A stretch of DNA of 64,000 bases from Thermoflexia bacterium (GTDB taxonomy: Bacteria; Chloroflexota; Anaerolineae; B4-G1): the NCBI GenBank assembly GCA_011192155.1, contig DUEK01000002.1:12388-76387 (forward strand). The letters run 5' to 3'. Both the position numbers and the translations under genes were made by a program. The notes below the pieces were generated by a model that saw nothing but the letters and a program-made list of their open reading frames with translations, ran no database searches and was not told where the DNA came from. Below, one piece after another: positions 49,403 through 55,930 of this stretch. Within the stretch, counting starts at the first letter, position 1. Each line of letters opens with the position of its first letter.

Positions 49403-49930
49403 ATGACTTTGAGACAAAAACTAATCATCGGCATAGTCTTGGCGCTGGCGGGATTGGCGCTGCGTCCGTTTGGCGCTGGTATCTTGTCCTTGTTCACACC
49501 TGCGCCTCGGGTTGATGTATCCACCGAGTTCGGCCAAACCGCCGGCCCGAAAAGGCCGGCCGAAGCACTCTCGCAGGAAACGTGCCGCTGGGCAGCTGCT
49601 CAAATGCTGGCCCAGGCCGGGCTGGGCGGAACTGCGACGCTGAATCCCGATGGCTTGCTTTGCCTCAATGTTACGTACATTCCCTTGCCAGACGAGACGT
49701 CCGACGCAGCCGCTCAACTGGTCTGGGGGGCCTTTGACGTTGCGCTGGCCTTGCAACAACGCAATTGTGAATTTACCCAGATCGAGGTTGTCATCCTGAC
49801 TCGATGCGATCAATCCGGCGCTCGAATTGAAGCGAGCGTCGGAGCAGCTGACCTAGCGGCCTTTGGCGCGGGCGAATTGAGTGAGGATGAGTTCATCGAG
49901 TGTGTGATGTATACTACTCTTTCTCAATGA
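49403..49930 (+). CDS. Hypothetical membrane-anchored protein
   Basis: ATG at 49403 (M27 of the track ORF) gives an N-terminal TM 'LIIGIVLALAGLALRPFGAGIL'. No recognisable domain. Confidence 0.4.
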   Translation: MTLRQKLIIGIVLALAGLALRPFGAGILSLFTPAPRVDVSTEFGQTAGPKRPAEALSQETCRWAAAQMLAQAGLGGTATLNPDGLLCLNVTYIPLPDETSDAAAQLVWGAFDVALALQQRNCEFTQIEVVILTRCDQSGARIEASVGAADLAAFGAGELSEDEFIECVMYTTLSQ

Positions 49931-51269
49931 CGAACTCCCGGTCAAAGACTTGTTCCAGCAGCAGACCTTTATCCAGCGCTCGCTCTCGCTCCGGTTCTGC
50001 ATACCCGCGCATAGTGCAGCGTGCGATTATCTGCTGAGGTGAAACCTCACACGTGAGATCCTCCACAATGCTGCGGTGGGTGCGATCTAACCCATCGGCC
50101 ACTCGCAGGAGCGCGGCCAATACGGCCACGAGTCGCTGGTCCGCCGGCTCTAGCGCGGCAAAGTGAGCATGTTCATTCTTTGGGAGCGCGCGCCGGTGGT
50201 AACGGGCAATCGAGCCGATGATGAGACGCTCGCGCGCGTCGAAGGGCAGTTGCGTGGCGCCACGGATGATGCGCAGACTGGTCTTGTGATGTCGCCGCTG
50301 TCCTTCGACCCAGCCGATGTCGTGCAACAGAGCGCCGCACTGCAGCCAGAAGCGCTCCTCTGCGCCTAGCTGGTGCAGCAGCCTCAGCTCATCGAACAGC
50401 CGCAGGGCCAGCCGCGTCACTTGATGGGAGTGTTCCACCTCGTAATCGCAGCGCTCCGCCAGCCGGAGCACTGCCTGTAGGCGACGCTCTTCCTCTTGTT
50501 GCAGGGGAGAGATCGAGGCGGGCACTTTCATTATTGTGTCCAGGGCGCGGCCCTGGATCAACATTTGCGCGAACGCCTCCGGCAACCCGTACTCCCGGGT
50601 TGCGGTGACTGCCCCGAGCACATCGTACGCCAACCGAAAATGCTGCACCTGAATGTCTGGTTCGATCTGCAAGATGGCATAGCAGGCGCGCGGATCACCG
50701 TCGTCGGGTCGGCCCACGCTGCCGGTGTTGATGAACCATACCCCCTCCACCTGACGCGCAAAGGGCCGGTGCGAGTGACCACAGATGATCACATCGGCGT
50801 TCGTCGTCTGCGCCAGTTCGCGCAACCGTTTCTTTGGTGTGTCGGAGGTGAGAGTCTCCTCGTTTGAAGCGGGGCTTCCGTGTGTCAGCAAGATGCGCAG
50901 CCCCTCTACCCGCAATTGTCTTTCCTGGGGGAGGGAGCGCAGGTAGTCGTGATTCTCTGGGAAGAGATGGTCAAAAGCCCACCGGAAAGCCAGGAATTTT
51001 TCTGGCCGTTTGCTCTTTTGCCACTTTTTCCTTTTCCGCTCGAATTCTAGTACTTTGAGATCATAGTTGCCCACGATGCTGACTGCCCGCTCTTGCCGCA
51101 GCAACTGGATCACCTCGTTGGGAAATGGGCCGTAGCCGAGCAAGTCGCCAGCGTTCCAAATTGCTTTGACGTTGCGCTGGCGCGCATGCACCACCACTGC
51201 TTCGAGCGCCGGTAGGTTGGCGTGAACGTCCCCGATCAATGCCAACTTTACGGGCGTGTTATTCCTCAC
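49914..51269 (-). CDS. Metallophosphoesterase (MJ0936/YfcE-like) fused to an HD domain (Ppx/GppA C-terminal type)
   Basis: Phosphoesterase motifs 'LIGDVHAN', 'GDLLGYGP', 'LLTHGSP', 'ICGHSH'. HD region 'HSHQVTRLALRLFDEL...LLHDIGW...HHKTS'. The start overlaps the ppk stop by 11 nt. Confidence 0.7.
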   Translation of the reverse strand: MRNNTPVKLALIGDVHANLPALEAVVVHARQRNVKAIWNAGDLLGYGPFPNEVIQLLRQERAVSIVGNYDLKVLEFERKRKKWQKSKRPEKFLAFRWAFDHLFPENHDYLRSLPQERQLRVEGLRILLTHGSPASNEETLTSDTPKKRLRELAQTTNADVIICGHSHRPFARQVEGVWFINTGSVGRPDDGDPRACYAILQIEPDIQVQHFRLAYDVLGAVTATREYGLPEAFAQMLIQGRALDTIMKVPASISPLQQEEERRLQAVLRLAERCDYEVEHSHQVTRLALRLFDELRLLHQLGAEERFWLQCGALLHDIGWVEGQRRHHKTSLRIIRGATQLPFDARERLIIGSIARYHRRALPKNEHAHFAALEPADQRLVAVLAALLRVADGLDRTHRSIVEDLTCEVSPQQIIARCTMRGYAEPERERALDKGLLLEQVFDREFVIEKE

Positions 51270-53460
51270 TATGCCATATCCCCCGATGCTCGATCATCCA
51301 CGATTGAGAGTCTAGCTCAGGCTCACCGGGTTCGGGATGCACCCGCTCGTAGCTGCCATCGGGCAACAATCGCCGGGCCTGTACATTATCTCTCAGGTGA
51401 ATACCCAAAATCTGAGCGCGCACGGCGTCTCGCAAGCGCGCATCCTCCACCGGGAACAATTGTTCCACCCTCCGGTCGAGATTGCGGGGCATCAGGTCGG
51501 CGCTGCCGAGCAGCATCTCGTCCTCGCCTCCGTTGTGAAAGTAGTAGAGGCGGGGGTGTTCCAGGAAGCGGCCCACGATAGAGGTGACGGTGATATTCTC
51601 GCTCACCCTCGGCACGCCGGGCCGCAGGCAGCAGATGCCGCGCACTTGCAGATCAACCTTCACTCCGGCCTGCGAAGCACGGTAGAGCGCCTGGATGCAG
51701 GCCCTATCTACCAGCGCGTTCATCTTGAAAGCCAGGTAGCCGTCCCCGCGCTCTTGGTGCCGCTCGATTTCACGTTCGATGCGATTCAGTATTTCCTTCC
51801 GCATCACGCCTGGAGCCACCAACAGCTTGCGATACTCTTGCTTGGTGGAGTAGCCGGTGAGGGCATTGAACAGATCGGATACATCCGCGCCGATGTCTGG
51901 GTCACAAGTGAAAAAGCCAATGTCCGTGTAGAGGCGGGCGGTGACGTCATTATAGTTGCCGGTGCTCATGTGGACGTAGCGAGTGAGGGTGTCTCCCTCC
52001 CGCTCAAAGGGAAGCGAAGCGGCTCCTTCCCGGCGCACCACCAGGAGGAGCTTGGTGTGCGTCTTGAGTCCCATCACCCCATATACCACATGCACTCCTG
52101 CTTGCTCCAGCGCCCGCGCCCACACAATGTTGTTCTCTTCGTCAAAGCGCGCCTTTAGTTCGACCAACACGGCTACTTGTTTCCCATTCTTGCGCGCTTT
52201 CATCAGCGCGGCCACGATCGGCGAATCCGGGCCGACTCGGTACAACGTCTGCTTGATCGCCAGCACGTTGGGGTCTCGCGCCGCCCGGCGGACGAACTCT
52301 ACCACCGGGTCGAAGCTATCGTAGGGATGGTAGAGCAGGACGTTGCGATGGCGGATTGCGGAAAAGATGTTCTTCTCTGGGGATAGGGGCGGAGGCACAG
52401 ACTGCTGAAAAGGCGAGTCCTTCAGCTCGGGGCGGTTTACGCGAGCCAGATCCACGAGGTCGGCCAGTCCGATGGGGCCATCTACCGTGTAGACCTGATA
52501 GGGCGCCAGGCCAAGATTGGCGATCAGGGTATCGCGCACCCGTTCCGACATGTCGCCGTCTACCTCCAGCCGCACTGCTAAACCAAAATGGCGCATGCGC
52601 ACACTCTCTTGGATGGAAGTCAGCAAGTCTGCGGCTTCATCCTCCTCAATTTCAGGATCGGCATCGCGGGTGACGCGGAAAGGGTAAGCGGCCACGATCT
52701 CCATGCCAGGAAAGAGCATGTCCAGATTAGCGACCACTGCTTCTTCCAGCCACACAAAGTTGCTGGACATTGTTTGCGCCAGTCCCAGGCTTTGATAGTC
52801 GTCGGCTGTTTCTTCGCTGGGGATGCGCAGCAGGCGGGGGAATGTCCCCGGCGCCTTCAGGCGGGCGAACCGCTCCCCGCGCAGGGGATCGTTGATCACC
52901 ACCGCCAAGTTGAGGCTGAGGTTGGAGATGTGAGGAAATGGGTGCCCTGGATCAAAGGCCAGCGGCGTGAGGGTGGGGAATATCTCTTCTCGAAAGTACT
53001 GGCGCAACAGTTTGCACTGCTTGTGCTTCAGATCGCTATAGTTGAGAACTTTTATCCCGGCTTCTCGCAGTTTCGGCAACAGATCATAATGCCAGCAGTC
53101 GTACTGCCGGGATAGCTCCGGGAGCAACTCGCGACGGATGGCGGCCAGTTGCTCGGCCGGCGTCATACCATCCGGTGGGGCTTTCAATGCTCCAGCCGCC
53201 AATTGCCGGCGCAGGCCAGAGACGCGGATCATAAAGAACTCGTCCAGATTGCTGGCAAAGATGGACAGAAACTTGACCCGTTCCAACAGCGGGTGGCGCT
53301 TATCCAGCGCTTCCTCCAGCACTCGATGGTTGAACTGAAGCCAGCTTAACTCGCGATTGATGTAGAGGTGGGGGGCATCCAAACCAACATTGCTCTTGGA
53401 TGTCTCGAGTTGAGCAGAGCGCTTTACTTGTTTCTTCTTTTTCTTTTTCTTTTTTCCCAT
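51259..53460 (-). CDS. ppk: Polyphosphate kinase 1
   Basis: 'ELSWLQFNHRVLEEA', 'GLKTHTKLLLVVRRE', 'YVHMSTGNYN' and 'ARLYTD'. N-terminus 'MGKKKKKKKKQVKR'. Contains a 30-nt-family insert at 51993-52031. Confidence 0.9.
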   Translation of the reverse strand: MGKKKKKKKKQVKRSAQLETSKSNVGLDAPHLYINRELSWLQFNHRVLEEALDKRHPLLERVKFLSIFASNLDEFFMIRVSGLRRQLAAGALKAPPDGMTPAEQLAAIRRELLPELSRQYDCWHYDLLPKLREAGIKVLNYSDLKHKQCKLLRQYFREEIFPTLTPLAFDPGHPFPHISNLSLNLAVVINDPLRGERFARLKAPGTFPRLLRIPSEETADDYQSLGLAQTMSSNFVWLEEAVVANLDMLFPGMEIVAAYPFRVTRDADPEIEEDEAADLLTSIQESVRMRHFGLAVRLEVDGDMSERVRDTLIANLGLAPYQVYTVDGPIGLADLVDLARVNRPELKDSPFQQSVPPPLSPEKNIFSAIRHRNVLLYHPYDSFDPVVEFVRRAARDPNVLAIKQTLYRVGPDSPIVAALMKARKNGKQVAVLVELKARFDEENNIVWARALEQAGVHVVYGVMGLKTHTKLLLVVRREGAASLPFEREGDTLTRYVHMSTGNYNDVTARLYTDIGFFTCDPDIGADVSDLFNALTGYSTKQEYRKLLVAPGVMRKEILNRIEREIERHQERGDGYLAFKMNALVDRACIQALYRASQAGVKVDLQVRGICCLRPGVPRVSENITVTSIVGRFLEHPRLYYFHNGGEDEMLLGSADLMPRNLDRRVEQLFPVEDARLRDAVRAQILGIHLRDNVQARRLLPDGSYERVHPEPGEPELDSQSWMIEHRGIWHSEE
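51993..52031 (+). repeat. 30-nt-family repeat, single copy, antisense to ppk (read as AASLPFEREG)
   Basis: CTCCCTCCCGCTCAAAGGGAAGCGAAGCGG, followed by CTCCTTCCC, which repeats the 5' 9 nt. The unit matches the reverse complement of 34891-34920 at most positions. Confidence 0.8.
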
Positions 53461-53594
53461 TGCTTTTTCCGTGAGATGATGCGGTGATGGAAATTGTACA
53501 AGGTCAGGTGCGTCAATTCAGGGAGCGCTTTGCCCAACGGAAGCGTCGCCTGGGGAATTGTATCACGTCGGCGCGGGGTTGGGATGGGCAAAGG

Positions 53595-54371
53595 TCAATC
53601 GCCCTTATCGTCATCCTTCTTCTTCTTACCTTTTTTGATTCTAGCCTCCGCAGGTTGGTAATCGAGTTCTTTGCTCAAGACTTGGACCAGGGTGCGCAGC
53701 GCCTTGACCCTGGCGAACCACTTGTCGTTGCCCTCAATGACCGTCCAAGGGGCCGTGACGGTGCTGGTGCGAAGTAGCATATCCTCCACAGCAGTCTTGT
53801 ACTTGCCCCACTTATCACGATTGCGCCAGTCCTCGTCGGTGAGCTTCCATTGTTTGTAAGGAGTATTCTTGCGTTCCTGGAAGCGGCGTAACTGTTCCTC
53901 TGGGCTGATATGAATCCAGAACTTGGCGACAACCATTCCGAAATCAACCAACTGGCGCTCGAACTCGTTGATCTCGCGGTAGGCGCGTTTCCACTCTTCC
54001 TCGGTGCAAAAGCCTTCGACCCGCTCCACCATCACGCGCCCGTACCAGGTCCGGTCAAAGATGAGTATCTGTTTTTCGTCCGGCGGCTTTAGCCGGCGCC
54101 AGAAGCGCCACAGGTAGTGATGGGTGGCATCGTCCCCTTTGGGCGCGGCGATAGAGAAAACCTCATAGCCGCGCGGGTCCAAGCGCTCGGTGACGCGCTT
54201 GATGTTGCCCCCTTTGCCTCCAGCGTCCCAGCCTTCGTATACCACCACCAGCGTGCGCTTTTGCACGTAAAGCTGATAGGCCAATTCGCGCAACTGCAAT
54301 TGATAGCGGCTTAATTTTGCAACGTATTCCTCTTTCGTGAGGCTTTTGCTCAGATCTACTGTTTCCAACAT
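53595..54371 (-). CDS. ppk2: Polyphosphate kinase 2 family protein (single PPK2 domain)
   Basis: Walker A 'EGWDAGGKGG'. 'FDRTWYGRVMVERVEGF'. C-terminal tail 'KKGKKKKDDDKGD'. Confidence 0.85.
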   Translation of the reverse strand: MLETVDLSKSLTKEEYVAKLSRYQLQLRELAYQLYVQKRTLVVVYEGWDAGGKGGNIKRVTERLDPRGYEVFSIAAPKGDDATHHYLWRFWRRLKPPDEKQILIFDRTWYGRVMVERVEGFCTEEEWKRAYREINEFERQLVDFGMVVAKFWIHISPEEQLRRFQERKNTPYKQWKLTDEDWRNRDKWGKYKTAVEDMLLRTSTVTAPWTVIEGNDKWFARVKALRTLVQVLSKELDYQPAEARIKKGKKKKDDDKGD

Positions 54372-54381
54372 GCTCGTCCTC

Positions 54382-55188
54382 CTATTCTGGCGGCTCGACT
54401 TGATGCTCTGGCTTGGCGACTTCCACCTCGCCCTGGGCTTTGTCTAGAGCTTTTGGCTCTTCCGGCAGCGGAAAGCCGCGTTTTTCCAGGGCCTCTCCTA
54501 GACGTTGGATGATCGTTTCGAAAATCTTGACCCACGCCCAGCGATTGTTGGTGGCTTCCACGATGGTCCAGGGTCCCCACTCGGTTTCGGTGCGTTCCAG
54601 CATTTCCTCGACGGCGAGCAGATACTCGTCATATTTGCGATGGTGCTCCCAGTCCTCCGGCTGGACGTGCCATGCTTCCAGTGGATCCTGCTCCAGCTTT
54701 TTAAAGCGCTTTTTCTGCTCGCTTTTGCTGATGTGCAGCCAGAATTTTATGATGACATAGCCGTCGTCGGCGATGGTGCGCTCAAAGTTCGCAATATCCC
54801 GGTAAGCCTTGCGCCACTCCCCCTTGGTCGTCAATTTCTCTACGCGCTCCACCAGCACCCGGCCGTACCAACTACGGTCGAAAATGCCCATCTCCCCATA
54901 GTTGGGTAGCTTTTGCCAAAAGCGCCACAGCCAGGGCATGTGCATCTCATAGGTGCGCGGGGCCTGGATAGGGTGAAGTTTAAAGCCGCGCGGCTCCAGC
55001 CTGCGGGTGAGCGTTTTGATAGAAGTCCCCTTGCCGGCCGCATCCCAGCCTTCGAAGATGATCACACTGGGGATGTTGGCATCCCAGCACGCCTTTTGCA
55101 GGTTGTACAGCCGGTCGCGCAGGCCGGGCATCTTTTTCTTGTATATCTTCTTTTTCAGTTTTTTTGTCAGGTCTACTTTTTCCAACAT
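54382..55188 (-). CDS. ppk2: Polyphosphate kinase 2 family protein (second copy)
   Basis: Walker A 'EGWDAAGKGT', 'FDRSWYGRVLVERVEKL'. 10-nt gap to the downstream ppk2. Confidence 0.85.
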   Translation of the reverse strand: MLEKVDLTKKLKKKIYKKKMPGLRDRLYNLQKACWDANIPSVIIFEGWDAAGKGTSIKTLTRRLEPRGFKLHPIQAPRTYEMHMPWLWRFWQKLPNYGEMGIFDRSWYGRVLVERVEKLTTKGEWRKAYRDIANFERTIADDGYVIIKFWLHISKSEQKKRFKKLEQDPLEAWHVQPEDWEHHRKYDEYLLAVEEMLERTETEWGPWTIVEATNNRWAWVKIFETIIQRLGEALEKRGFPLPEEPKALDKAQGEVEVAKPEHQVEPPE

Positions 55189-55217
55189 TTTGAACCTCCC
55201 CCAGTTGAGACTCTAAT

Positions 55218-55244
55218 GGTTTCAGAAAACCCTTAGGGCCTTTT
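55218..55244. repeat. Palindromic repeat (GGTTTCAGAAAACC-centred) containing the stop codon and last codons of adk
   Basis: GGTTTCAGAAAACCCTTAGGGCCTTTT. The reverse complement reads '...EKALRVF*'. Confidence 0.65.
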
Positions 55245-55902
55245 CCACGGCAGCGCGCAACTCGGCCTGCACCGCCTCTATGGGTTGATCACCGTTGACC
55301 TCGGCCAACACGCCCTGGTCGCGGTAGTAATCAATCAGCGGGCTGGTCTGTTTCCAATAGACTTTGAGTCGTTTGCGGACAGTCTCCGGCCTGTCGTCGT
55401 CGCGCTGGTACAGCTCGCCCCCGTCTCTATCGCACACCCCTTCCTTTTGGGGCGGGTTGAACTGGACGTGGTACGATTCCCCGCACACGCGGCAGATGCG
55501 GCGTCCACCCACCCGTTCCACCAGTACCTCGTCGGGCACGGCGATGTTGGGCACCAGCTTGATCTTGTGCCCTTGGGTGGTCAGCGCCGCGTCGAGTGCT
55601 TCTGCCTGGGCAATGGTGCGCGGAAAGCCATCCAGCAGCGCGCCGCCGGCGCAATCCGGCCGGCTCAAGCGATCCATGACCATAGCGATGGTGATGTCGT
55701 CGGGCACCAGCTCCCCGCGATCCATGTATTCTTTGGCCTTTAATCCCAACTCGGTTTCGTTGCCAAGATTCTCCCGGAAGAGATCGCCGCTGGCAACGTG
55801 AGATAGTTCGAGCGCTTCTCGTAGTTGGGCCGCTTGAGTTCCCTTTCCCGAGGCCGGCGGGCCGAGAAGAATGATGAACGTAGGTCCTTTTGCCATAGTC
55901 AC
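55222..55902 (-). CDS. adk: Adenylate kinase (long form with Zn-type lid)
   Basis: P-loop 'GPPASGKGTQA', 'GFPRT', lid 'CRVCGESYH...CDRDGGEL'. Confidence 0.9.
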   Translation of the reverse strand: MTMAKGPTFIILLGPPASGKGTQAAQLREALELSHVASGDLFRENLGNETELGLKAKEYMDRGELVPDDITIAMVMDRLSRPDCAGGALLDGFPRTIAQAEALDAALTTQGHKIKLVPNIAVPDEVLVERVGGRRICRVCGESYHVQFNPPQKEGVCDRDGGELYQRDDDRPETVRKRLKVYWKQTSPLIDYYRDQGVLAEVNGDQPIEAVQAELRAAVEKALRVF

Positions 55903-55930
55903 ACCTCCATTTGAGTTACGTGCAATTCAA

